Positions 13,132 through 25,349 of a DNA stretch of 64,000 nucleotides are shown one piece after another; the stretch's first letter is position 1; each line of letters opens with the position of its first letter. Origin of the DNA: Octopus vulgaris (Eukaryota); NCBI GenBank assembly GCA_951406725.2, contig OX597827.1, positions 35,960,001 through 36,024,000 on the forward strand, given 5' to 3'. The translations under genes were made by a program, and so were the position numbers. A model generated the notes under the pieces. That model did not search any database, was not told where the DNA came from, and saw only the letters and a list, made by a program, of their open reading frames with translations.

Positions 13132-14324
13132 TCTGAAGGGAAAGATACATTGAATAATATAGTCATAGATACACTAAACCTGAACCAAAAAAAAAAAAAA
13201 AAAAATTACTCAAGGTGGCCACAGCTTGAATATCTTTTTTTAATGGCTTAGTTGAAGAGGAAAGATAACATTTATGGCCCTTTATAGGGCTTACAAGACT
13301 GGTAGGAAGAAGGAAGTTATCCTTCAAATAGATGTAAGATATTTTGGCACTGTTTATTCGGTATCACTGATTCGATGCTGACTTACTTGACATCAGACAT
13401 TTTGATGTTTTTCTTCTCCTTTCCACTCCCCCCTCTCTGTCTGTCTGTCAGTCTCTCTTTGTCTATGTGTGTAAGCATATTTCTTTTTATGCATATGAGG
13501 AAATGGAAAGTGTTCAATTAATTGTAATGTCTCTTTCTATCTCTCAGTCTTTCTGTCTGCATGTGTATATTTCTGTGCATGCATGTGTGTGTCTGCCTCT
13601 ATCCTCAAAAAGTACTATTGCCAAAACAGGTTGAATGTCCAATCAGTGCTGTACCAAATTGTCTGCATTCAAACATCTGTGCTAAAATATCTCATTCCAT
13701 TCCACACTGGACACTTGGCATAAGCAGAGGCAGCCAAGAGTCAGTAATAAAGGATTAAGTCTATGAACTAAGAACAAGAATAGTTCCTCTGATGGACTTC
13801 TGCACAGCTCTTATATGCCAAATTTCATTCACAGGATTTGGCTGAACTGAAGTTTATAGTTGAAAACACCTGCCCAAATTGCTGCTGCACAGAAGGACTG
13901 AATCTGAAACAAAGTTACAAAGCAAACTTCGTAATCACAAAGTTATATTTGTGCTTTGGTCATTGTTTCAATGTTCATTCATCTGTCTACTTGTTCATAC
14001 AGACAGATGGAGTAATGTTTTATAACCAGCATATCTGACATTTTCCAAATGTTGCTAAGATACAGTCATACTCTATAAAGCTGATAATCAGATTATCAAC
14101 TTAGTATAATCCATCTTAGAGAAAATTCAAATTTAAAAGAAAAAGAAATATTAACAATTTTTAACATATAAATGCAGGCATAGCCATGTAGTTAAAAAGA
14201 TCACTTCACTATAAAATAGTGCTAGGTTCAATCCTAATGTGAAATACCCAGAGCAAATGTGCTCTACCAATGCAAATGCAGTTTGGTAGACAAAATCTGT
14301 TGCAGGTATGGCTAGGCACAAGAA

Positions 14325-14445
14325 GGTTCAGTCCCATTGTGTGGCACCTTGGGCAAGTATCTTCTACTATTGCCTTGTTAGTGAATTTGGAAGACAGAAA
14401 GTGAAAGAAGCCTGTTATATATATATATATATATATAAAAATGTG

Positions 14446-14483
<38 letters not shown>

Positions 14484-14705
14484 GTGTGTGCATGTATATG
14501 CATGTGTGAGTGTGTATGTTTTTGTGTTTGTCCCTACCACTGCTTGACAATCAGTGTTGGTTTCTTTACATCCCCATAACTGAGCAGTTCAGTAAAAGAA
14601 ACCAATAGAATAAGTGCCAAGCTTTAAAAATAAAAATAAGAACTGGTGTCAAGACAGTGCCTTAACATGACTACCGTCCAATGACTAAAACAAGAAAAAG
14701 ATTAA
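14325..14705 (+). mobile_element. SINE family A
   Basis: ggttcagtcccattgtgtggcaccttgggcaagt... body with an internal (TA)n/(TG)n tract. Confidence 0.8.
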
Positions 14706-15466
14706 GAGATATACACATACACACCCTATTTGATAATGAATAAGTCACACTTCTTCCCCGCAAAATTTACTCTCGGACTTATATGCAAAGTTGGGCCACC
14801 TATAAGCTAATTTTGTCCCCAATACATACTTTCTCCTGAATATGGGCTGCTGAATTTGGGGTGTATCTACTACACCCAACAAATACAGTATTAAAAAAAA
14901 TGTAGTAGTGCTCAAATGAATTTGAACTTAAACTCTTAATTCTTCATCCAGAACTAGGTCCATGGTGTCAAATGTGGCTATAAGAGAAATCTATGGTGAG
15001 CTGATGCAGATAAACAGTTAGGCTCAACACACACACATACAAGAAAGAAAGAAAGAAAGAAAGGAAGAAAGAAAGAAAGGAAAAAGAGATGGATGGATAC
15101 CTTGCATCTGCAACACCTTGATGGAATCATATGGGTGCAGTCATGACATATGGATTATCTAGAGCATTTTTTAGACCTAGCAGATCCCATCCTCTTAAGG
15201 TCTGAACATAGTTGATTCCTTCCGGAGAAAGACAGACAAGTATGAAAGATTGAGAAAAATTGACCCTACTACATGATCAGGTTTTTTATTTAGCACCTCC
15301 CAAGATGATGTGCTAAACAAAGCAGACCTCAGCAGGAATTGAACTCTGAGCATGAAGGGCTGAAATGATTATTGCAAAGAAATCTATCTGATGTTCCAAT
15401 GACTCTGCCACTTGGTCACCTCTGTATATATTTATCTTACACACACACATATATATGAACGTGTAC

Positions 15467-15545
<79 letters not shown>

Positions 15546-15653
15546 ATATATATACATATATATACATACACACATATATACATACAAACACACACACAAA
15601 TTAGCAGCTTTCTACATTTTTTCTCGTTTCCTCATTTTAAAAACTAAATTCTC

Positions 15654-15714
<61 letters not shown>

Positions 15715-16745
15715 GTATGTATGTATGTATATGTGAGAATTTAGTTTTAAAAGAAAACGAAGGAAAGGAGAGAAAAATGTAGGGAGCTGCTAATTTGTTC
15801 TCTAATTTATCATTTGCTGACATCTGCTTGGTGAGGTTTCGATTAATTTCTGTAAGAAGAATTTTGGGAGACAACGAGACAAATGGGATTTGACATTATA
15901 AACTTCAGCATTGCAAACTTTAGCAACGTACACGAAATGCAGTTGTCACCAGGAATCGAAACTACATGGAACTGCTCTGTTATCTGCTTTCGACATTTCA
16001 ACTATGTTACTAACGTTGTAATGTAGTTATGAAGATGCCATTTTCTCGTAAAAATTAATGCCAATCTATTGTTTGAAAAAAAAATTTTTTTAATTAAATC
16101 GATATGATTGCAAGAATTAAAGTTTTTGATTCTCAGAACGGTTGATTTAACCATGATTAGTTTCAATTTTAGTTTGCACGCATTGAGATAATGCAACGAT
16201 TGATTGAAACGAACCATACAACCGTGGAGATTTTACACAATAAATTAAGTTTCCGGTGGGAGGACTGGTGCTGGTACAACCCAGCTTCAATAGTTTCTTC
16301 CATTTTTGTCCATATGTCATGATTTTCTCTCGTCATCAAACGTATAAATCCCAAAACATTTACATTTGGTATTGATAAAGGCACAGTACACATCGCACAT
16401 AAATACTTAAAAAAATAAATAAAAAATAATCTATTTTGAGCTATAACAAGCGTGCACTGCTCCTATACACTCACATCTTTATTGCACATACAAGAACAAT
16501 ACAGAAATATACATACATATATGTATGTATGTACATACATACACAGAAAAACATATATATATGAATGCATGCATACATATATACACGGGTATGTGTGAGT
16601 GTGTGTGTATACGCTCACGCGCTTACACGCGTTCAGATAATGTAGAGAAAAGGAAACATACACAAAAAGGAAAGTATAACTATATGTGTGCATGCATACG
16701 TGAGGGACAAAGTGTGTGTAAAATATACTACATATACTACATATA

Positions 16746-16802
<57 letters not shown>

Positions 16803-16985
16803 AACACTGGATGCAGCCAGTGTTGTTAACAATGATAATGATGATAATGATATAATAAATGTTTTACATAGGCACAAGGCCACGGATTTAAAGATGTGAG
16901 GGAATGAGATTGTATGATGTTCATGCATTTTATACTGATAACAATGAAAGCAATAACGGCAAAGACGAAATATAGTTGAAGATGA

Positions 16986-17100
16986 ACTTACACGCTGCAA
17001 ACATCATCTGATAATGGATTTTTTCTTTTTCCTTACACAACTGAAAGAATACTTCCGTAGTATTCCCCCTATATAATACGGATGACCAAAAGTGCCACAT
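16986..17100 (-). other. Candidate non-coding first exon and splice donor of ZNF-a
   Basis: Minus-strand GTAAGT donor at 16991-16986 in a CpG-retaining region (~15800-18030). Strong acceptor tttttcttttccAG at 12184-12183 upstream of the ATG. Confidence 0.4.
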
Positions 17101-18229
17101 GTTTTATAACTTGTCAACATCAAAAATGCTCCGTGTTGTGCATTTTATTTATTTTTGCTTTTATTCATTTTTGCAGTGTAATCTTGATATTAGAGAATAA
17201 TAATGATAATATTAGTGATGATCTTTATGGTGTTAAACGAAATTGTGATGCTGATGGTGGTCGTGATGATGGTGCTGATGTATGCTATAGAGTGATGTTG
17301 AAGATAATAATAGTGATGGAGAATATGGGAGTTTTGGCGATTATAAGCATTTATTAGTGAGAATGAAATTGTTTGACTGTAGGCCTGTCCACATTGAGCA
17401 GACTTGCGATAAAAGACGCTCAATCCGTGACAATTCTGTCGTTTTCGAGTATTTGTATATTTAAGACAATATTATCCAATGCGACTGTGCTTTTCTTTTA
17501 AAATATAGCATAAAATCATTTACAGGAAATTTGGCTAATGTTCCAATTTATCTTGTTGACGATATTAGACATGTTATGCTTGTAAATGTAATCATGTTGA
17601 TAGTGATGATGGTTGTGGGGTTAATTATATCAATAAGTGATGCGGGGGATTGTGATGGTTACAGTGCTTGTAAGTCAAACCATTCCCTGGATATCCAGTG
17701 ATCAAGTCTATAATAAACATTTAAGCTACATACATATATATTGAAATCATGTGCAACATTGACATGAATGTGAAGTTGATGAACGGAAATGAAGTCGCGG
17801 TTTCAATTTTTCATGCAATGTTTGTGGTTTACGATAAACATCTGACAGGCGAAGGAACAGAATTTTATTTATTATTTATTTATTATTATCAATTATGTTG
17901 TTGTTTTTTTTTTTTATATAATAGAGTTTATCACAGATATTTCTTGCTACAAATCTCCATATTTTCATATTTGCCAGATCATGTCGTCAAGTCTCACAGC
18001 CGATTGCTGAATAGCTGCTGACGTGCCGCTTCATTTCTTTCCACCTTTGTTTTTGTCTTTTTTTAAGGGACCTTATATAGGTTAAGTCATAGGCACAAAA
18101 AAAAAAGAAAGAAACACGAGTTTTAACAAATGTATTAGTTTAACGACCATGACTTCAGTATATTCTGCCCCACTAGATCAGAGAGGGGAAGACCACCCAC
18201 CATCACCTCAGCAGTGAAGAAAAGCACCG

Positions 18230-20366
18230 TAGAACGCTGGAGTGGCTGGACAGTACCCACCCAAGACACTGAGAACAACAATCGGATGAAAGAAATGATT
18301 GCTGAGAAAGGACACTGATAATGGGGATGTGTTAGGGAACTCTTGGTCCATAACTCTGCTAAAAACAGAGTTTAAGATTTTGGCCAAGGTGTTAGTGAAA
18401 ATGTTGGTACTTGTTGTTGGAAGTCTGGTCAGGAAGGCACAAACGTACACAATCCAAAGCAGGTCTATCCACGACAACCTTCACCTTATGTGATACACTG
18501 TAAAGAGGGCTGGGACTAAAGCTAGCTTCAGTGGGGCCCTGATCAATTTAGATCAGTCAAAAGCTTCTGATATGGTAGACCATCACTACTTGGAAGCCGT
18601 CCTTAAAGCGGCCAGTTTTGGACCCGTTTTCAGAAGCTGAATTGCTGCAATGCACAGCGACATCTGCTCAGTAGTCGAAGTAAATGGTTACCTATCGTAA
18701 CAGTTTATTATTGCACAGTCTGTCAGGGCTGCCCGCTATCACCTCTTCAGTATGTGCTGTCTCTCTTGAGCCACTACTGTGGAAGTTGGAACAGTTAAGA
18801 GGCCTCCCTTTTGAAATTGAACTCAGGAGGGCAGTGTCTGAATACGCGGATGACATCACCAGCATGGTATCAGACACCTCCAAAGTGGAGACGGATGGCT
18901 CCAAGGAATATGAGTTGGTTGCAAGGGATAAAATCAATGCCAACAAGTCAGTGGGATTGAGACTGGGCACCTGGAGAGACTGCTCAGGGTCTCGTTTCGT
19001 CCTGACCTCCAGGTGGATAAGAATTGGGAAGAGGTGACAAACAGGGTGACCTCTCTTACCCAGAAATGGGCAGAGGTGGAAAATGCCGACATCACCTGTC
19101 ATTATCACCTAATCATTGTGCCTTGCCCCAGTTATGGTTTGATTAAATTGGAGCATATCTGGTTTATTTTCTTGTGGAAGGGACACATTGTAATGGTCAG
19201 GCAGTCAGTCTGCTGCCAACTTCCTTTGTGTGGTGCCTTAGGCATGCCATGGCTTTTAATGCACGGATGTGCATTCAAGTTGCGCTACATGCAGTGATTT
19301 CTAGGTGAACATGATTGGACTCCGTTTGAGAGACATGCCTTTCTACACCTCATCTCCTTGATGGAGCTGCAGTCCTGGGTAAAGGATAAGCCGAGACTGG
19401 GTGCCTGACAATTATAATATTGTCAGGCACTCACTGTGCTCTACAAGTCAGGCAATAGGATTGGTGGATGTTCCACTTTAGATATTTACAGAGGGTTAGT
19501 AGAAAGGAAGTGCAACCCTAGGCATCGATGAAGACAAACTGGCAAGTCTATCTCAAAGGAATTTCCAATCAGAGACTGTTATGGATAATTTCCAGATGTC
19601 TTTGGTCTGACAGTGTTACTGGGAAAGGGGGCGCTGCCAGTTTGAGATAAACTCTACAGGCACAGATAGGCTGTCAGACAGGCTTGCCCAAGGTGCTTGC
19701 AGACTGACGAAACCATTCTGCATGGACTCGTTCAGTGTCTGGGCATTGCTGACTTGTGGAGTTATATCAAACAGCTGCTGTTGCGGGTAGGAAAGATCTG
19801 TCTATCAGCTGAGTCCATAATGAAGATTGCCGTGCTGCAAGGCAGTTTTCCTTTGTCTGGTGGCTGTGACAAAAGAGTTTATCTGGTGGACGAGGCTGAA
19901 AGGAACGAGGATGGAAACATTCCTCTTTGGTAAAGCCCTCATCGACTTTTTCAAGTTTCACTTGAAAAGTAAAAAGTGAGGGTGGAGAGGGAGGTACTGT
20001 CCTCGAGTGAATTTATGAAAAAGTGGGTGAAAGTTGCGAAAATGGCAAGAGTGGACGATACCACTCTCAGTGTAGACTTATGAGTTGGAAGAAAGAAGTT
20101 GGCGAGGGCTCTCGTCCTTGGTATTCAGGGTGATCTTGGATGGTGGGGTTCTTTGATTATCCCTAGAAGTCCTCTTATATCAAGGGGTCCCATCACTATC
20201 ACATTTTTCCCAATTCTTTTTCTAGTGTAAAATATATATACTTCTTCTAATGTATACTGTGTATACTTTTCATTTTATCATTCTATTATATGTAAACGCC
20301 CACACTTTATGCCTGTCCTTGTATTGTCCCCTGCATCCTTCGCCTTGGTGGCAAATAAAAGAAATC
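18230..20366 (+). mobile_element. L1/Tx1-clade LINE ORF2 remnant
   Basis: Contains NSWSITLLKTEFKILAKVL (NWRPITLLN-like), DQSKAxDxVDH, YADD at ~18843 and a C-terminal CPRC..ETILH..VQC knuckle. Many stops and frameshifts; AATAAA near the 3' end. Confidence 0.9.
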
Positions 20367-20367
20367 A

Positions 20368-20728
20368 TTATTACCTCCACCTTAGCGAAGGCGAAGGTAT
20401 TGTTTTCAGTTGTGTTTGTTTGTTTGTCCGTGGACAAGATATCTCAAGAACAGCTGGATGGATTCAAATGAAACTTTCAAGGATGTTGGGCCTCGTGACT
20501 GGCAGGAACTCATTAGATTTTGGGATTGATCTGGTGTCTGGACAAAGATTTTGGATTATTTTTCTGTTATTTTTTATTTTTTATTTAATTTTTGAGAGCA
20601 GTTGGGTTCATTTTTAGTATTGTTTGTGAGAGCAGTCGAGTTTATTTCAGATATTCTCATTTTAAAAATCATCTCTGGCTAATCGTTGGTATTGCCTTGG
20701 CAGAGGTTTGTGCTTTCTGAGTGCTCTT
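20368..20728 (+). mobile_element. Helentron-associated / DINE-1-like non-autonomous element
   Basis: 5' acctccacctt-agcg-aaggcgaaggt palindrome, (GTTT)n tract, 3' subterminal repeat ccttggcagaggt, then a short hairpin-like gtgctttctgagtgc. Confidence 0.7.
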
Positions 20729-20752
20729 ATTATTTATTATTATTACTATTAA

Positions 20753-20985
20753 AGCTGTGAGTTAGCAGAATCGTTAGCACACAAAGCAAAATGCTTAATG
20801 GTATTTCATCTGTATTTACATTCCCAGTCCAAATTCCACTGAGATTGACATTTTTACCTTTCATCCTTTCAGGGTCAATAAAATAAGTACCAGTTGAGTA
20901 CTGGGGAGGGCAGGAGGGTGTCGATGCAATCGACTATTCTCCTCCTCCAAATTTCAGGTTTTATGCCTTTAGTAGAAAGGATTAT
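20753..20985 (+). mobile_element. SINE family D
   Basis: gtgagttagcagaatcgttagcac...tttcatcctttcagggtcaataaaataagtaccag. Reverse-strand relatives lie near 15260-15415, 34975-35100 and 47780-47900. Confidence 0.7.
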
Positions 20986-21329
20986 TACTACTATTATTAA
21001 TATTGATGTTCACAAAATGTATTTCCCATGTTGTAATGAAACAAGTGTAACTACAGGTGTATATATCATCATCATCATTTAATATCCGTTTTCCATGCTA
21101 TAAGTACATATACATATATATATATAACAGTACATACATATATAGGTATGTATACATACATATATGTTATTTATTATTATTACTATCATCATCATTTAAT
21201 GTCAGTATTTTTTTTATGCTGGCATGCGTCAGGGGGTTTGACCAGAGCTGGCAAGATGGGAGCTGCACCAGACTTCAGTCTGATTTGGCATGGTTTCTAT
21301 GGCTGGATCCCCTTCTTTTGCTGCAGTCA

Positions 21330-22620
21330 TGGTTATCTCCCACCTTATTGACAGCATCTTTGTACATGGCCTGTGCAGCTTTCATCTGCTACTCATTTGT
21401 CTATCTCTAGCCTTCTCAGAGCCCACCATATCACACAGTGGGGCACTCTATCAAAGGCTTTCTCTCGATCAATGAATGCCAAGAATAATGGTTTATTCTT
21501 AGCTAAGTACTTCTCTTGCATTTACCTACGAAAATAGCATCAGTAGTATTTCTTTCCTGGACAAAGCCAAACTGTATTTCATCTAGCCTAATTCTGCTCC
21601 TAATTAATCAGGTTATAACTCTCTTCATAATTTTCATCACTTGTTCCAGGAGTTTTATGCCTCTATAAATGTTTCTATTTAAAGCATCACCCTACCCTTG
21701 ATGCTGCTATTCCAGTCACTGGATATTACTTCTTCTTGAATGGCCTGATTAACCATGTGGGTGACTAGCTCATATCTTACCTTACCAGATATTTTGAGCA
21801 TTTCAGCTGTGATTCCCAATGGACCAGGGGTTTTCCTGGTTTTCATGTTTTTAATTGCCTTATCAACCATACTGCTGTCCACTAGGATAGCTGGGCCCTC
21901 TGTTGGGTTCACATGAGGGAGATTCCCTTCATCCTGTTCATTCTCTACATTCTTGCATAGTAACTTTTCCATGTCTCTTTCTTGTCCACATCACTAAGTG
22001 CAAGCATACCATTATCCATCTGCACACACTTCTTTCCTACAATATCTCAGTTCTTACTGACACACTGTCTAGCTATCTGCAACAATTCAAATCTCTGAGC
22101 ATCATGCTATAGGACTTCGGAAAACCTCTTGTTTTCTGCTTCTACCCTAGCTAGATAGACCTGACATCTAGCCTCTCTTTTAGCCCTGACAGGATTCCTT
22201 GCTACCACCCCCTCTTTTCCATTCATTCCAGACCCATTTCTCTTTTATGACCCTTGGTCTGGCAGAGGCTTTGCTCCAACAATGAAATTGGTCTGTTGCC
22301 CTTAGCAGATTGTCCTGTAGGAACTTCCATTTGTCCTCTACGTCATGTGTCTCCTTCTCATCCATTTATTCTCTACATCATATGTCCCCTTCTACATCTT
22401 TCCCTTCTTCTCATCATAGGCCTCATTGAGAACATTTCTAAATTGAGTTTCCACAGCCTCCTTTTCTATACTGGCTTGTGTCTCTGGATCTTTCTGGTCT
22501 TAAGTCTGAACAGTCACTAATGACTAGCTTATGTTGAGTTGTACATTCTTCCTCTGGGAAAGATTTTGCATTTACAAGCATATATCTATCCATGTGTCTT
22601 GTGAGGATGTAGTTAATTTG
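21330..22620 (-). mobile_element. RTE-clade LINE remnant (end of endonuclease through RT N-terminus)
   Basis: INYILTR..NAKSFPEEECTTQHKLVISD, then VDKAIKNMKTRKTPGPLGITAEMLK and RGIKLL, with frameshifts. Confidence 0.85.
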
Positions 22621-22767
22621 TGCATTAATAAGGTAAAGGTCATTTATAACTAAATGTAAAGAAGTAATATTTTCCAAAATAAAAATTTGAATGAAATAAA
22701 TAACTGAAAATATATTTTTATTGATTTAATTGTTTTTTTTGGGGGGGTTACATCTTTACTTTCTGTT

Positions 22768-23493
22768 TTATTCTGTTTGTTCTTGTTCGTCTTTCTGGCC
22801 TTCATCTTCCTTTTCATGCTTAACAAGATGTCTTTTCAGTGAATAATGATAAACGTAATATTTTGGACATTTTGTACATTGAAATTTTTTATTTTCACTG
22901 TGAGTTTGAGAGTGAGAGTTTAAACTGGCTCTCTGTACGAACTGTTTATTACAGACTTTGCACTGATACGGTTTCTCTCTGACATGTAACTTTGCATGTG
23001 TGGCCAGGTTTGATGCTTCACTGAAAGATTTTGGACATATTTCACACTGAAATGATTTCTCTGCATGCATCTCGATATGTTGATTGAGTGTGGATTTTTT
23101 TGAGAATTTCTTCTGACATATTCCACATTGGTATAACTTCTTCCCAGGATGTTCTCCGAGATGTGTTTTCAGATTGGTCCTGATGCTAATAGGTAATTTG
23201 CATATATTGCAACGAAACTGTTTACCCCTTGTGCGCTTTTTCATGTGATGCCTCAGTTTTGAATGTTCCATGAGAAATTTGCCACATATATTGCAACGAA
23301 ATTTCTTTCTTTTCGTTTGAGTCTTGGTAGATTGTTCTCTCAGGGTGGGAGTTTTACTGGAACATTTGTGGCAAACATCACATTTTATGGGTCTCTTTTT
23401 GTGTTGTAATTTCAGATGGTTTCTCAGCCCTGAAATATAACAGTAAGTTTTCGGACATTTCTCACACTGAAACAGTTTATCAGTGGAGATCAT
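22768..23493 (-). CDS. C2H2 zinc-finger protein with about 6 intact and 2 degenerate fingers and an acidic tail (ZNF-b)
   Basis: 241-aa ORF with 8 CxxC motifs; fingers 2 and 3 lack His ligands. AATAAA at 22717-22722. Acceptor ttttgttctatttcAG at 23821-23820. Confidence 0.9.
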   Translation of the reverse strand: MISTDKLFQCEKCPKTYCYISGLRNHLKLQHKKRPIKCDVCHKCSSKTPTLREQSTKTQTKRKKFRCNICGKFLMEHSKLRHHMKKRTRGKQFRCNICKLPISIRTNLKTHLGEHPGKKLYQCGICQKKFSKKSTLNQHIEMHAEKSFQCEICPKSFSEASNLATHAKLHVREKPYQCKVCNKQFVQRASLNSHSQTHSENKKFQCTKCPKYYVYHYSLKRHLVKHEKEDEGQKDEQEQTE

Positions 23494-23928
23494 AGCTAAA
23501 TCCTATTGTGTACAGGTAATTCACTGGTAGAAATAACAAACTTCAATGTAGTCAATATGTTCAAGGTTATTCTAATTCTGTGAGTGTATCACGTAAAGAA
23601 AATATGTAAATAAACTGTATAACAGACCTCAATAACAATTGATGACAATTTTTTTTTTGTCAATAGGGTTTACTTAAGATCATCTGTATTTTCAAAAGGT
23701 TATTTCAAAGACTTCCAGAGAAGTGATTGGTAAATGGCTTTAATTAATTGTTGCATATACTTGGTGTTGTTATTGCTGTCTTTTCATATATGTGCTTTTT
23801 CTTTTCTTATTTTGAAATCCTGAAATAGAACAAAATTCTCTGTGTAATATACATACATTACATTACATGCACAGAGGTGTAGGTGTGTGTGATAAATATA
23901 TGTGTGTGTGTGTGTGTGTATAGAGAGA

Positions 23929-24137
23929 GAGGGGGTGCTCAAACGTTCTTGGCTTTAAGAGGCATCATGAAAGGTACGGCTGAAGGCCCAACTTACCAAG
24001 ATCTTTTACAAAGATTAGAAAAACTGAAGGACCACTGCAATAAGCGTGTGAATCTGAGAGGGAGAAAAATTGAATAAAATCATAATTAACTGATCCTCTT
24101 GTATTTTACCCAAAGCCAGGAACTTTTCAGCACCCCC
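23929..24137 (+). mobile_element. mariner-derived MITE
   Basis: TIRs ggggtgctcaaacgttcttggcttt and aaagccaggaacttttcagcacccc. Internal LEKLKDHCNKRVNLRG resembles a mariner transposase C-terminus. Confidence 0.75.
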
Positions 24138-24339
24138 ATACATTATACACACACACAATTATATATAATAAAATGTTATAGTTTGCTTGAAGCATTGTAT
24201 ATATATATGTAACACTTAAAGAGATCGAAGGCTAAACAATGCAAAATAAACTGTAAGATGAGGTAACAAAAATTAAAAGTAGGTTACCTGGTAATCTTTG
24301 TTTTGTTTTTTTATTGTTGTTGCTGTTGTTCTTTTATCT

Positions 24340-25295
24340 GTCCAAGAAAGCAGCCAGCAGAGACCTGTTTGTGCATTATAGATCAGCCCTTCCCCTTGGT
24401 GCTAAAACTGGTTACATAAGAAATGAACTTACATGTATCCAGAATAAATGTAGCAAGACAGAGGACCAGACCACTCACACTGCACACTTCATAGATGTAC
24501 TGAAGATGAACAGAAACCCAACATCCACAATGAATCGAATTGAAGGCAACACAGGCATAAGACCTCCTCTAACACCTGCTTCATGAAATTACCACATTTC
24601 AGCGAAAGCATAACAACAGCTATCAGCAAAGGACTGGACATACAGTTAGCACACTCCGGCCCTTCTGTGCATGAATACCTGTCTAAAAAGCAATCCAGAG
24701 ACAACAACAATGCTCGCTGACTAACTGCCTTATCTGTGATAACGGTATGTGCCAGTGGACACATGTGGCATACTGGATTGAATGCAATAAATGTAAGGAG
24801 TTCTACATTGACAGCATGACTCGAACACTCCACACTTGAATTAAAGAACATCTCAACACATGCACATCCTCATTCAAAAAACACATTGACAAATGTAGAA
24901 ACATCAACCAACATATTACCATTACCATAAAAGCCAGTAATAGAAATGTGGGCAACTTAAGAATTAAGGAAGCCTTGCTCATACATAGACTCAGCCCACA
25001 AATAAATAATAGATTAGATCTTAGCACACAGTACATGACATAAAAGATACACCCACAGGCACACAAACCAAACATCTCATACAAAGAAGAAAGTTAATTT
25101 CACGAAATACTATATTAGTAATTGATGTCATTCATGTGGAAAGTGAAATAACCATCAAAAACGCTTGAAAACAACTTAAGAAAAAATTTAAATCAAAATC
25201 AAAATTTTATCCCAAAGAGAGGAAATTGGAACATTATCCAAAGAAAGTTCTTTAAACCCTGATGAAGAGACTTTTAGGTCCCAAAATATTGGACA
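24340..25295 (+). mobile_element. Second Penelope-like element (different family), decayed
   Basis: DLFVHYRSALP..KTGYIRNE; VAYWIECNKCKEFYIDSMTRTLHT*IKEHLN (GIY-YIG); LRIKEALLIHRLSPQINNR; ends in a hammerhead-like motif. Confidence 0.8.
25257..25292 (+). ncRNA. Decayed minimal hammerhead ribozyme motif
   Basis: CC-CTGATGA-A-GAGAC-TTTTAG-GTCCC-AAAA-TATT-GG. The GAAA core reads AAAA, consistent with CpG-to-CpA decay. Confidence 0.55.
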
Positions 25296-25349
25296 GATTG
25301 TAGGATCAGTTACCCCACTTGATAGCAGGTTTAAACAAACTGGCACTAG

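Noticed and set aside
14720-14892. pogo/Tigger-like MITE (...aaatacagta end)
   Set aside because: The left TIR is too degenerate to support the call.
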